Assembly (NCBI GenBank): GCA_963793265.1 | Contig: CAWBZI010000002.1 | Location: forward strand, 608,001-672,000 | Direction of reading: 5' to 3' | DNA from: an uncultured cyanobacterium | Lineage (GTDB): Bacteria > Cyanobacteriota > Cyanobacteriia > Phormidesmidales > Phormidesmidaceae | DNA length: 64,000 bases | Shown here: one piece after another, positions 30,614 through 40,402 of the stretch | Position numbering within the stretch: the first letter of the stretch is position 1 | How the letters are laid out: each line of letters opens with the position of its first letter | Position numbers and translations under genes: made by a program | Notes under the pieces: generated by a model | The model's database searches: none | The model's input: the letters and a program-made list of their open reading frames with translations, nothing else | What the model was told of the DNA's origin: nothing

Positions 30614-31885
30614 CTAGCGTCGCAATCTGTCTCCTAAGCTGGGTTTCTCTTTCAATCGATTCTGGATGGTTTCTAAACCTTCTTGTGACGAGATGGTGTC
30701 AGGATGGCTAGAACCAAGCCGTTCTATACAAATATTAAGAGCTTTAGACATAGTAGTAGCAGCCTCCGGCAGGCGATTTGTGTTGTAGTACAACCATGCT
30801 AGGTTGTTCAGACTGGTAGCAGTATTGGGATGGCGATCACCTAGTTCGGCTTTACTAATCTCCAACGCTTCGACATACAGCGGTTCGGCTTCGCTATAGC
30901 GACCCTGTGACTCATACAGGACTGCCAAGTTGTTCAGACTGGTAGCAGTAGAGGGATGGCGATCACCCAGTTCGACTTTCTTAATTTCCAGCGCTTCGAC
31001 ATACAGCGGTTCGGCTTCGCCATAGCGGCCTTGAATTTTATAGGCTCGCGCTAGTCGATCCAAGCTATCTGCATACTCTTCGGAATTATCTGAAGACTCC
31101 AGCATTTCAGCAGCCGTCTTCAGATAGGTTGTTGCCTTCTCAATCTCTCCTTTATAGCCTTGCGCTTTCCCCGTTTCCACTCGGCTTACGTAGGCGCTCC
31201 CTGTTTGCAGGTATAAACCAGCTAACAAAGCGCTGTCCGACGACTTTGCTACCGTTTCTTCTATCAAGTCTTCTAAATCATCAATTGGTAATGTGTTCCC
31301 CACATCCTCCAATTGTGAGAACTGCTCATGCTTACGGAGTGAAGCCAGCTCATCTGTCGAAATAGCCTGTCGCTTGGGCGAAACAAAACGCATCACATCT
31401 CGCCGCCAGCTCCAAAAGTCAGGGGCCTTACGGCTGAGCTGTTCCTGAAGCTGGTAAGTCACCCACAGCACAATTGCAAATGGAAAATCTTGTAGCCCTT
31501 CTCGTGTCCACTGCAAATAGCCAAAAAACGCCTCCTGCTGAGACTGCGCTGCCTCAAACCTGAGCGTACGCAAGCCCTCAGCCCCTAAAATGCTCATCAC
31601 CGCCCGTCCGCCCTGCTGTAGGTACGGGTCTTCCTTAACCTGTTGCAGCAGCAACGCCTTTAAGCTCGGCTCGTTTGCATTCAACCTCAGCCGATAGTGC
31701 CGAAACTCAGGGGCTAATTCCTGCTCATAGCGGTTAATAATGTCTTCTTTGAGCTGCGGATCATCACACACCGCAATATAAATGCCCAATCGCCCGCCGC
31801 TAGCCTCTATCGACACCAGCAAATCATCCAGCGCATCCTGGTTTTCCTGAGATAAGTTCTTATCGGTAAGGCCGATCTCAGCCAT
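30614..31885 (-). CDS. TPR-repeat protein with N-terminal LQWTRE..APDFWSW domain
   Basis: 42-aa repeats GRYGEAEPLYVEALEI..LGDRHPSTATSLNNLA. Confidence 0.88.
   Translation of the reverse strand: MAEIGLTDKNLSQENQDALDDLLVSIEASGGRLGIYIAVCDDPQLKEDIINRYEQELAPEFRHYRLRLNANEPSLKALLLQQVKEDPYLQQGGRAVMSILGAEGLRTLRFEAAQSQQEAFFGYLQWTREGLQDFPFAIVLWVTYQLQEQLSRKAPDFWSWRRDVMRFVSPKRQAISTDELASLRKHEQFSQLEDVGNTLPIDDLEDLIEETVAKSSDSALLAGLYLQTGSAYVSRVETGKAQGYKGEIEKATTYLKTAAEMLESSDNSEEYADSLDRLARAYKIQGRYGEAEPLYVEALEIKKVELGDRHPSTATSLNNLAVLYESQGRYSEAEPLYVEALEISKAELGDRHPNTATSLNNLAWLYYNTNRLPEAATTMSKALNICIERLGSSHPDTISSQEGLETIQNRLKEKPSLGDRLRR
30803..31033. repeat. 126-bp tandem repeat encoding TPR units
   Basis: GTTGTTCAGACTGGTAGCAGTA starts at 30803 and 30929; identical ACATACAGCGGTTCGGCTTCGC in both copies. 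Confidence 0.9.
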
Positions 31886-32169
31886 CGATTATCCCCCGTA
31901 TTCGCAATCGAGAAGCGCACCACAAAATAGTTGCGCTCCTCACACCGACGGCCAAACTCAGCTAAAAGCGTAGACTTACCGCAGCCGCGATGCCCAGCAA
32001 ATATAGTTTTGCGATCGCGACTATCATCATCCTCAATAAGCTGCTCTAGCTCCGCCAGCACATCCTCACCATAGGTCACCCGAAACTTCTCTAGCTCCTT
32101 TTGGCCCTGTAGCGGCAGCAGGTCTAAATTAACGTAAGCCCTTTGAAATTCCTCAAGCCGAGTAGCCAT
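31878..32169 (-). pseudogene. P-loop ATPase remnant with an internal deletion
   Basis: Only about 89 aa with Walker A GHRGCGKST, no Walker B; after FSIA the sequence jumps to the region just before the TPR start. Confidence 0.75.
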
Positions 32170-32257
32170 AGTCAGTAAACGTAAAGGGTCAGATTTCGAG
32201 CGGCACTGTGAATGAAAACGATAATTGGAATATTGCTAAATCCTACTGTATTGCGTT

Positions 32258-35200
32258 CTATTGCGCTGATAGCCCCGCTTCAATTTCGCCTTCAGCTTCG
32301 TGCGCGATCGCCCGCAACCCATCCACCATTTCCTCACTTGCCCCTTCCCACAGTCCCCGCTGATTAGCCTCTAACAATCGCTCCGCCATGTCTCGCAGCG
32401 CCCAAGGATTCGATTTTTCAACAAACTCTCGCACCTCAGAATCAAACACATAGGCATTCGCAACACCTTCGTACATATGGTTTTCTACACAGTGCGTTGT
32501 GGCATCGTAAGCAAACAGGTAATCAACCGTTGCAGACATCTCAAAAGCGCCCTTATAGCCGTGTCGCATTACGCCTTCGATCCATTTGGGATTAACCACA
32601 CGAGAGCGGTAGACTCGGGCGATTTCAGCCTTTAGCGATCGCACCCTCGGCCTCTCAGGCACCGCATTATCGCCAAAGTAAGTCACAGGCGCTTCCCCCT
32701 TTTGCGACTTCACCGCCGCCGTCAGCCCGCCTTGGAACTGATAATAGTCATCAGAATCAAGCAAATCATGCTCGCGATTGTCTTGGTTTTGCAACACAAT
32801 TTGCATTTGAGCTAGGCGCTGATTAAACGCTTCAGGGGCGCTGTGTCCGTTCGCCTGGCCGGTATAGGCGTAGCCGCTCCAATTGATATAGGCGCGAGCC
32901 AAGTCTTCATCACTCTCCCAGTTTTGGGCTTCGATTAACCCTTGCAAACCTGCGCCATAAGCACCGGGTTTAGAGCCAAAGACTCGATAGCGCGATCGCT
33001 CCAAACTCTGCTGATCACTAAGTCCTTCCTTTTTCCAGTAGTGGTAATCCTTCTGCACTTGCCCCGCGAGTGGATTGTCTTCTGCTGATTCATCTAACGC
33101 TGAAACTGCGTTGACCGCCTGATCAAACAGAGAGATTAAATTGGGAAACGCATCGCGGAAGAATCCAGAAACGCGCAAAGTGACATCTACGCGAGGACGA
33201 CCTAACAAAGAGATAGGCAAGATTTCAAAATCCACTACCCGCCGACTAGGGCCGTCCCATACGGGACGGACGCCCAGTAAGGCTAAGGCTTCTGAGATAT
33301 CATCGCCGCCTGTGCGCATCGCCGCAGTTCCCCACATTGAGAGGCCCAGCGTACGGGGATATTCGCCGTTCTCTTGGGTGTAGTTTTCGACGACGATTTC
33401 GGCGGCTTTTCGCCCGACATCCCAGGCGCTTTCGGTGGGAATGGCGCGGATGTCTACGGAGTAGAAGTTGCGGCCTGTCGGGAGAACTTCGGGGCGGTTG
33501 CGGGTAGGTGCGCCTGAGGGGCCGCTGGGAACGTAATCACCATTTAATCCGTTTAGTAGATTTTGAACTTCATCGGTTGTGCGGCGGAGGTTGGGCAGTA
33601 AGAGACGATTAATCCAGTTTAATACCGGCTGGACTGCGGCAGAAGGTGCAGATTCTAGAGTTTCTCTTACCATCGCTTGAACGAGATATTGAGCGTGAGC
33701 TTCAATTTTTTCTACAATGTCGCCAGTCGTACGGCAGTCTTTGAGATGCGGCTGGTTTGTAGAATAGGGCTCTGATAGGTCTGTGGCGAGCGGGTCGAAG
33801 TCCAGGTTCCAGTCTTGGGCGATCGCCCGGCTCAGGCCCATGTGTTCTGAGTTAGGATGACGCGCGATCGCGACCACCAGATCTACAAGCTGCCTTCCTG
33901 TTGGGCACTGTCCGTATATGTGTAAACCATCTCGAATTTGAGCTTCCTTTAGCTCGCAGAGATAGCCGTCGATTTGAGGAAGCCAGGTTTGTAGAGTATC
34001 TGAGCTTTCTACGGGGGAAAGGTTCAAATCCTGTTGAAGCTGGGTGCTTTTGAGCAGCGCAACAATTTTGTTCGCGATTAAAGGTAGGCGCGTCGGGTCT
34101 AAATTTTGAGCTTCGTAGTACTCATCAACCAGGCTCTCTAGCTGCTGTAAGGGGCCGTAGAGTTCAGCGCGGGTCATTGGAGGCGTGAGGTGATCGAGAA
34201 TGACGGCTTGCGATCGCCTTTTTGCCTGTGCCCCTTCGCCTGGATCATTCACAATAAACGGATAAAAGTGCGGCATTGGGCCAAAAGCGGCCTCTGGATA
34301 GCACTCATTCGATAGCGCAATACCCTTGCCCGGTAGCCATTCCAAATTGCCATGCTTACCAACATGAACCATCGCATCAGCTTCAAAATGGTGGCGGAGC
34401 CAGTGATAAAACCCTAAGTAGGCGTGAGTAGGCTCTAAATCTGGGGCGTGATAGTTCAAGCTTGGATCAATGTCGTAGCCTCGGCTCGGCTGAATGCCTA
34501 CAAACACATTGCCAAACTGAACGCCGGGGATAGGCATTGCTGTCGCAGATTCCGACTGCGCGGCAGGTGAAAAACGCTGCCACTCTTCAATTGCAGTTCC
34601 CCACCTTTTCGACACGCCCGACTGTACTAAATTCGGAAGCGTTTCAAAAAACTGCTGATAGTCTGTCTCGCTGAGCGTTTGAGCGCTTGGCTTTAGACCA
34701 TAGCCTTCAGGATCGTTGGTGATGCCATCAGTCAGTTGCGACATCAGGTCATCGCCCGTTTCAGGTAGCGAGCTAAGGGTATAGCCTGCCTGCTGCAAAG
34801 CCTTGAGGATTTGCAGGCAGCTTGCAGGGGTATCGAGGCCAACACCGTTCGCAATACGGCCATCGCGGTTAGGGTAGTTGGCTAAAATAAGCGCGATTTT
34901 GCGGTCTTCGACAGGCGTGTGCTTGAGGTGAATCCAGCGGGCAGCTAGGTCAGCGACAAAATCGACGCGATCGCCCACCGGCTCATAGAGCACCACATCC
35001 GTTTGCAACTGACCGCTATCACCCTCTTTCTGCGTCGCCTTAAAAGACACCGTTCGCGTGATGATGCGACCATCAACTTCAGGCAGCGCCACATTCATCG
35101 CAATATCCCGTGGCGTTAAGCCCTGAGGATGACTTTGCCAGTGTTCTAAGGCGCTGCCGCTACAGATGGCCTGAAGCACGGGGACGTTTAGCGATCGCCA

Positions 35201-36358
35201 CAGGTTGAATTTTTCTCTGTGCTGAGTAGCGCCTTTAGCAGATTGAGCGATCGCATCGTTCAGACTCGTAATAGCAAAGCTAGTGGTGTTGATCAACAAA
35301 TCAATCGGCGGACTGTCTTGAGCTTGGCCCAGGTCTTGATTCTGGCCCAGACAGTAGCGCAATAGCGCCTGCTGAATATCAGCATCTTTGAGAGACGACA
35401 CGTAAATAGGCAGCGCCTGCAAACCGCGCTGATGCAAAGCAGCTGATATAGCGTCAATAACTTTAGTATTTCCTGCCAAATAGTGTGCTCTGTAAAAGAG
35501 AACGCCGACTACAGATTTTTTTGGCGTATTTTCAATCGATTCAGCAAACCCTTCATCGTTAGTTAGATGACTCTGAGATCCGCTTAATATTTGTTCATTA
35601 AATGGGGCATTAAAAGTTCCCTTTCTTAATGTTTTGAACAGAATGTTTGGGTTAATAAACGTTTTGTTTTCAATCTCACTTTTAGCCGTTGTTTGTAGTG
35701 ATGAATTCTCTGCCAGAACGGAATCTATAGAAGGTCTTAAATTCTGATTTGAATAGCTAATCAAAGTGTCATTTGATAGGCTAGTCAGAGGCGTTTCAAA
35801 GATCTTCGCTGAAGTATAAATACCTACCTTAGGAATGGTCTGAGGGGGCAGCGGATGATACTGAGTTGAAAGCGTGCGATCGCTGGCATACAGCAGCCCG
35901 TTAACCCAGTTGATAACGCCCCCTTCATTGAAATATTGCCAGAGCTGATTGACCACAGACAGCGGCACTGTAGAGTGACTCATTAAGTCTAAATCTGGGC
36001 GATCGTCGCCCGGAATAACTACCAGCGCTGCGCCTGTTTCAGCCACCAGCGCCTTAACAACCTCTAGCCCGTAGGCCCAGTAGGCCCTACCGCCTAGCAC
36101 GCGCAAGATAATCAGTCGAGCGTGGCGTAGTACTGCTTCAGCATAAGTATCAATACTGAGCTGTTGCTGAAGCTGAAGCAGGTTGACACAGCGGATATCA
36201 CTGAAGCTTTTAGGAAGCTTAGCCGCCGCTTGGTTAAGCGCTGAAATATCGGTATCTGCAGCCGTCAAAATAATAATTGGAGCAGGCGTTTGTTCAATAA
36301 AAACGACACCTTCTACGCCGCTGTTCCATCCGCCTGGAGTGGCTGCTAAACGATGCAT
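32258..36358 (-). CDS. cobN: Cobaltochelatase subunit CobN
   Basis: MHRLAATPGG, LFYRAHY, HVGKHGNLEWLPGK, LPTGRNFYS, SGFFRDAF, DSDDYYQFQGG; ATG 36358 preferred. Confidence 0.96.
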   Translation of the reverse strand: MHRLAATPGGWNSGVEGVVFIEQTPAPIIILTAADTDISALNQAAAKLPKSFSDIRCVNLLQLQQQLSIDTYAEAVLRHARLIILRVLGGRAYWAYGLEVVKALVAETGAALVVIPGDDRPDLDLMSHSTVPLSVVNQLWQYFNEGGVINWVNGLLYASDRTLSTQYHPLPPQTIPKVGIYTSAKIFETPLTSLSNDTLISYSNQNLRPSIDSVLAENSSLQTTAKSEIENKTFINPNILFKTLRKGTFNAPFNEQILSGSQSHLTNDEGFAESIENTPKKSVVGVLFYRAHYLAGNTKVIDAISAALHQRGLQALPIYVSSLKDADIQQALLRYCLGQNQDLGQAQDSPPIDLLINTTSFAITSLNDAIAQSAKGATQHREKFNLWRSLNVPVLQAICSGSALEHWQSHPQGLTPRDIAMNVALPEVDGRIITRTVSFKATQKEGDSGQLQTDVVLYEPVGDRVDFVADLAARWIHLKHTPVEDRKIALILANYPNRDGRIANGVGLDTPASCLQILKALQQAGYTLSSLPETGDDLMSQLTDGITNDPEGYGLKPSAQTLSETDYQQFFETLPNLVQSGVSKRWGTAIEEWQRFSPAAQSESATAMPIPGVQFGNVFVGIQPSRGYDIDPSLNYHAPDLEPTHAYLGFYHWLRHHFEADAMVHVGKHGNLEWLPGKGIALSNECYPEAAFGPMPHFYPFIVNDPGEGAQAKRRSQAVILDHLTPPMTRAELYGPLQQLESLVDEYYEAQNLDPTRLPLIANKIVALLKSTQLQQDLNLSPVESSDTLQTWLPQIDGYLCELKEAQIRDGLHIYGQCPTGRQLVDLVVAIARHPNSEHMGLSRAIAQDWNLDFDPLATDLSEPYSTNQPHLKDCRTTGDIVEKIEAHAQYLVQAMVRETLESAPSAAVQPVLNWINRLLLPNLRRTTDEVQNLLNGLNGDYVPSGPSGAPTRNRPEVLPTGRNFYSVDIRAIPTESAWDVGRKAAEIVVENYTQENGEYPRTLGLSMWGTAAMRTGGDDISEALALLGVRPVWDGPSRRVVDFEILPISLLGRPRVDVTLRVSGFFRDAFPNLISLFDQAVNAVSALDESAEDNPLAGQVQKDYHYWKKEGLSDQQSLERSRYRVFGSKPGAYGAGLQGLIEAQNWESDEDLARAYINWSGYAYTGQANGHSAPEAFNQRLAQMQIVLQNQDNREHDLLDSDDYYQFQGGLTAAVKSQKGEAPVTYFGDNAVPERPRVRSLKAEIARVYRSRVVNPKWIEGVMRHGYKGAFEMSATVDYLFAYDATTHCVENHMYEGVANAYVFDSEVREFVEKSNPWALRDMAERLLEANQRGLWEGASEEMVDGLRAIAHEAEGEIEAGLSAQ

Positions 36359-36540
36359 AAATACCTGAAATATAAAAGAACTATTGGGATAATTGCGAAT
36401 GCGCAAAACCGGACGTTAGGATGCAGACGAAGCAGTACTCAAAGCCCACAATAATTATGTTCTAAAGGTGAGCTTTGAATAGATCTGACGAGCGGTCGCG
36501 ATCGCTAATCTATCAGCACTAATTCTGTCATAACGCATTA

Positions 36541-36612
36541 TCCAAAACGCTAAGTCCAAAACGCTAAGTCCAAAACGCTAAGTCCAAAACGCTAAGTCCA
36601 AAACGCTAAGTC
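36541..36612. repeat. Perfect tandem repeat (TCCAAAACGCTAAG)x5
   Basis: Five identical 14-bp units read directly, in the divergent cobN-cikA intergenic region. Confidence 0.97.
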
Positions 36613-36762
36613 GAGTCCAGGTATTTTTTCTCCGGCTACCTAAACACCACCTTGCGTACCATCACACCATTGAGTATCCCAGACAACACGCTTAGTCCGC
36701 GCGAATCTATGAACGCGAGGCCATAGCCAACTTACATTTTTCCTTCTTTTGTACCCTCAAGA

Positions 36763-39297
36763 ATGCAAACTTCTGAACACCTCATTGCCTATCAAACGGT
36801 TTCTCTTTCAGCCTATGAGCGGCTGAGAGAAACCTTGACACAGCAGAAGCATGTGTTTGAGTCGGTTCTCACAGAACGGGACGCCAGAATTAGTCCATTA
36901 GGCATAGCAAGCTTTGTGCTGATGCGATCGCCTACGCTGAACGTGTTACTCACAGCATCCCCCATTGCGGCACCGTCGCTGGTTACTCAAGCAGCTTCCT
37001 TGACAGCAGCGAGAATGGAGCATCATCCTTTGGCCAGCAAACACGCTCGGTTCCAGGGAAAGGATCGTGAGCAGGTTTTTGAGTCAGCTGAAAGCGCGGG
37101 GAAAGAGTACAGAGTTGGGCTGACGTTTGATAACAGAGCGATCGCAGTATTCATCAATCGTTTGAGAGCCCTACAACCAGTGCAGCAGCTCACACCATCT
37201 TCCGCTCATCAGAACGATGTTCAAAACATTCAAAACAACATTCAGCTTGATATTCACGATGATGGCCACAGCAATGCAACCGATGATAAAAAGCTCATCG
37301 CGCAAAAAGCCTTCGTCTTGACGTGGGCCAAAAGCCTAGCCACATCGCCTGAAGGCGACACTCAGCCAACCAAATCTACGCTCGACAATCAGCTACAGCA
37401 GAGTCTCCTGCTCGATCAGGTGATTACCCGCATCCGCCATAGCCTAGATCTCTCCGCGATTTTGGAAACGACCGTCGCCCAGGTCAGGGAATTTTTATCA
37501 GCCGATCGGCTAGTGCTTTATCAGTTTGATCAGTTTGAGTTTACTGACGATCTTCAGCCGTCAGATGGTCAGGACGCAAGCACCGATTTTACTAGCCCTC
37601 AAGCAATAAATAACCTCTCAGCAGCGGCTGTTATTGAGCAGGAAATGAGGGCTCAACGGCTTGCCAGAGCAGCCACTCAGTCACCTGATGATCAGACATC
37701 AAGCCGTCAGCACGGCCAGTCAGTATTAGGCCAGTACGCACACTCAGGACACGTCACCTACGAGGCGCGAGTATCTGCAGAGATTCCTTCAGTCCTGCAT
37801 ATAGCAGAAGAAGAATGCTTTGAACCTTCTTTACCTATGCGCACCCGGTACCTAATGGGACAGCCGATTGCGATTGATGATGTAGAAAAGCAGTATGCAA
37901 AGGTTCCTTGTCTGCTGACTTTTTTACAGCAAGCCAAAGTAAAGTCAAAAATTATTGCCCCTATTCTTGTCAAAGATCGGCTTTGGGGGCTGCTGATTGC
38001 GCATCAGTGCCAAGATTACCGGCACTGGGAAGAAACTGAGGCGACGTTTTTACAGCATATTGCTGAGCACCTAGCTGTTGCTATTAGCCAGGCTTCGCTG
38101 TATCAACAGCTTCGCCAGCAGACCGTTAGCTTAGAAAGCTGCGTCATCGAGCGTACGCAAAGCCTGCATGACGCGCTAATGGCCGCAGAATCAGCCAATA
38201 TCACTAAAGGCGAGTTTCTTTCGACGATGAGCCATGAGCTGAGAACGCCACTTACTTACATTATCGGGATGTCAGCAACACTATTGCGCTGGTCGTTTGG
38301 CGATCTTAACGAGCGTCAGCGCAGCTATCTAAAAACGATCAACCAAAGCGGCGAACAACTGCTCGAAATCATCAACAATATTCTTGAGTTTGCCAGCGTC
38401 GAGTCTGGGCGATCGCTCCTCGACTTCAGCGAGCTTTCGCTGAGCCAGCTTACCAATAGCGTCATCGCCCAGCATCAGGACATGGCCGAAAAGCAAGACG
38501 TGACGTTGACCTTGCACTCCAAGCTTAGAGCCGTAGACGACCGCTTCGTTGCCGATCCTAAACGCCTGCAGCAGATTCTCTCTAATTTGCTACACAATGC
38601 CATCAAATTTACTGGCGGCGGCGGTCAGGTCAACGTACACGCATGGCGAGAAGCACAGACGACCGTTTTTCAAATTAAAGACACAGGCATTGGTATTCCT
38701 GAATCGCAGCAAGACGTACTGTTTGAAAAGTTTAAGCAGCTAGAGTCTCCTTTTCAGCGGCAGTACTCAGGAACCGGACTGGGCTTAGCGATGACAAAGC
38801 GCCTAGTAGAACTGCACGGCGGCACGATTCAAATCAAATCGAAAGTAGGTGCAGGATCTACGTTCACGGTACGGTTGCCGGTACAGCAAAAGCCTGCGCA
38901 CTCACCGCACTATCAGGTGCCTTCGACGCTTAGAGAAGGGCCTGAGCGCGTGATTTTGCTAGAGAAAGATGAGAATAATGCTGCGATCGCCTGCGAAATG
39001 CTAACCGCTGCTGGATACGAAGTCATTTGGCTAGTCGAATCAGATCGGCTGGCCGGACAACTTGAGCTACTACAGCCCATTATGCTGATCGCCGATCTGT
39101 CTTTATTAGATCCCAAAGTCAGCGATATCAAAGAAATTCAGCACTCCATCACATCACTCAATGCAAAAGTGCTGGCGCTTTCTGCTCATCAAGAGCTGCT
39201 GCCTTCGGCCATGGCCCACCATGACGTGCTGCGTAAGCCCATCGATCCTAAAGCGCTATTAGCCAAAGTACGACAGCTCATGCAACCGGTTGCATAA
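36763..39297 (+). CDS. cikA: Circadian input kinase CikA-like (GAF, HisKA, HATPase, pseudo-receiver)
   Basis: DRLVLYQF GAF, STMSHELRTPLTYIIGMSATLLRWSFG, GTGLGLA, degenerate C-terminal receiver. Confidence 0.82.
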   Translation: MQTSEHLIAYQTVSLSAYERLRETLTQQKHVFESVLTERDARISPLGIASFVLMRSPTLNVLLTASPIAAPSLVTQAASLTAARMEHHPLASKHARFQGKDREQVFESAESAGKEYRVGLTFDNRAIAVFINRLRALQPVQQLTPSSAHQNDVQNIQNNIQLDIHDDGHSNATDDKKLIAQKAFVLTWAKSLATSPEGDTQPTKSTLDNQLQQSLLLDQVITRIRHSLDLSAILETTVAQVREFLSADRLVLYQFDQFEFTDDLQPSDGQDASTDFTSPQAINNLSAAAVIEQEMRAQRLARAATQSPDDQTSSRQHGQSVLGQYAHSGHVTYEARVSAEIPSVLHIAEEECFEPSLPMRTRYLMGQPIAIDDVEKQYAKVPCLLTFLQQAKVKSKIIAPILVKDRLWGLLIAHQCQDYRHWEETEATFLQHIAEHLAVAISQASLYQQLRQQTVSLESCVIERTQSLHDALMAAESANITKGEFLSTMSHELRTPLTYIIGMSATLLRWSFGDLNERQRSYLKTINQSGEQLLEIINNILEFASVESGRSLLDFSELSLSQLTNSVIAQHQDMAEKQDVTLTLHSKLRAVDDRFVADPKRLQQILSNLLHNAIKFTGGGGQVNVHAWREAQTTVFQIKDTGIGIPESQQDVLFEKFKQLESPFQRQYSGTGLGLAMTKRLVELHGGTIQIKSKVGAGSTFTVRLPVQQKPAHSPHYQVPSTLREGPERVILLEKDENNAAIACEMLTAAGYEVIWLVESDRLAGQLELLQPIMLIADLSLLDPKVSDIKEIQHSITSLNAKVLALSAHQELLPSAMAHHDVLRKPIDPKALLAKVRQLMQPVA

Positions 39298-39628
39298 GGC
39301 ATTTGAAAATAAATACGTCTCAAGTGGATGCGTGTTATCACTTAGGATTGAGTAGCAAAAGTGAGTTTTGTATTTTTAGACACATTTTCAGGAATGGCTA
39401 TACGGGTTTCTTAATCAATCAAGTAATCTTGAATTAGGAATACTTATCAACACATATAGCTTCCGGGATGCATCAGTATTTCGGGGTACATTACCTCAAA
39501 TACCTTAATCGTGTTGAGTGAAAAAGGTCTGCTGAGCGCTAAAAAGGTAGCCGCTGAGTCTACAAGACCTGATTTTGTCCGGTATAAATACTTAGTTCAG
39601 TTTCTCACACCCCCTATTTACACTCTGT

Positions 39629-40285
39629 ATGAAGCGACTTTCTTCTTTCATGCTACGTTGGTCTTTGCCTTTACTAAAGCGCCAGAACAAGCGTTTTTCG
39701 TACGGCGGGTTGCTGCTAGCAGGTAGCCTCATGTTTGCAGGACTCAGCGAAGTAGCCCCCCAAGCCTTGCGGCAGGCAGCAACAGCGCTGCCAGATACTC
39801 AGATTGCAAGAAGTAGTGAGCCCTGGCAAATTGCTTCTTTTCCGGTAGAAGGGTTCCAGGCTTATACCTCTCCGTTTGGCTATCGTTCATCGGGCTTTCA
39901 TTACGGCCTGGATATTGCTGCGCCAACGGGTAGCTACATTCGTAGCTGGTGGGAAGGACAGGTCGTCGAAGTCTCTGACGATAGCGCCTGTGGAACCTCT
40001 GTAGTGGTTGAATCAGGCGATTGGATGCATGTGTACTGTCATATGCAAGGCTATGTGACCACCGACCGGGGTCGTAAGGTGTTTGTAGACAGCAGGGGCG
40101 GTCTGCGGATTGCTGAAGGGCAAGAGATTGGCACGGGCGATCGCATTGGCAGAGTCGGCATGACGGGGCGCACCACAGGCCCTCACCTCCACTGGGGAAT
40201 GCGCTATCAGGGTGACTGGGTTGATCCTGGCCTGGTGCTTCAGGCCATGGCTGACGGTCAGCGTCGCGCGTCTTTGCCCCGCTAG
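39629..40285 (+). CDS. M23 family metallopeptidase
   Basis: HYGLD (HxxxD), GRTTGPHLHW (HxH). Confidence 0.9.
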   Translation: MKRLSSFMLRWSLPLLKRQNKRFSYGGLLLAGSLMFAGLSEVAPQALRQAATALPDTQIARSSEPWQIASFPVEGFQAYTSPFGYRSSGFHYGLDIAAPTGSYIRSWWEGQVVEVSDDSACGTSVVVESGDWMHVYCHMQGYVTTDRGRKVFVDSRGGLRIAEGQEIGTGDRIGRVGMTGRTTGPHLHWGMRYQGDWVDPGLVLQAMADGQRRASLPR

Positions 40286-40319
40286 AGAATAGACGGCTTG
40301 TGCAGTTTACTTTCACAGC

Positions 40320-40356
40320 AAAAGCCCTGAGTGGATATATCCGCTCAGGGCTTTTT
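40320..40356. terminator. Bidirectional terminator between M23 gene and ftsH
   Basis: AAAAGCCCTGAGTGGAT / ATCCGCTCAGGGCTTTT. Confidence 0.88.
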
Positions 40357-40402
40357 GTTAGTCTTGCTTCCGATCAGATGTACGTCTTCAATCCTAGCGA
40401 GG

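Noticed and set aside
36359..36540. Cobalamin riboswitch upstream of cobN (also looked before nrdJ and cbiD)
   Set aside because: No B12-box or conserved core recognisable in the right orientation
36541..36612. Possible CRISPR array
   Set aside because: Units are 14 bp and contiguous with no spacers; no cas genes in the window
11790..39297. Circadian cluster (LabA-like NYN, RpaB-like regulator, CikA)
   Set aside because: Genes are over 10 kb apart among unrelated loci, and orthology of the first two is not established
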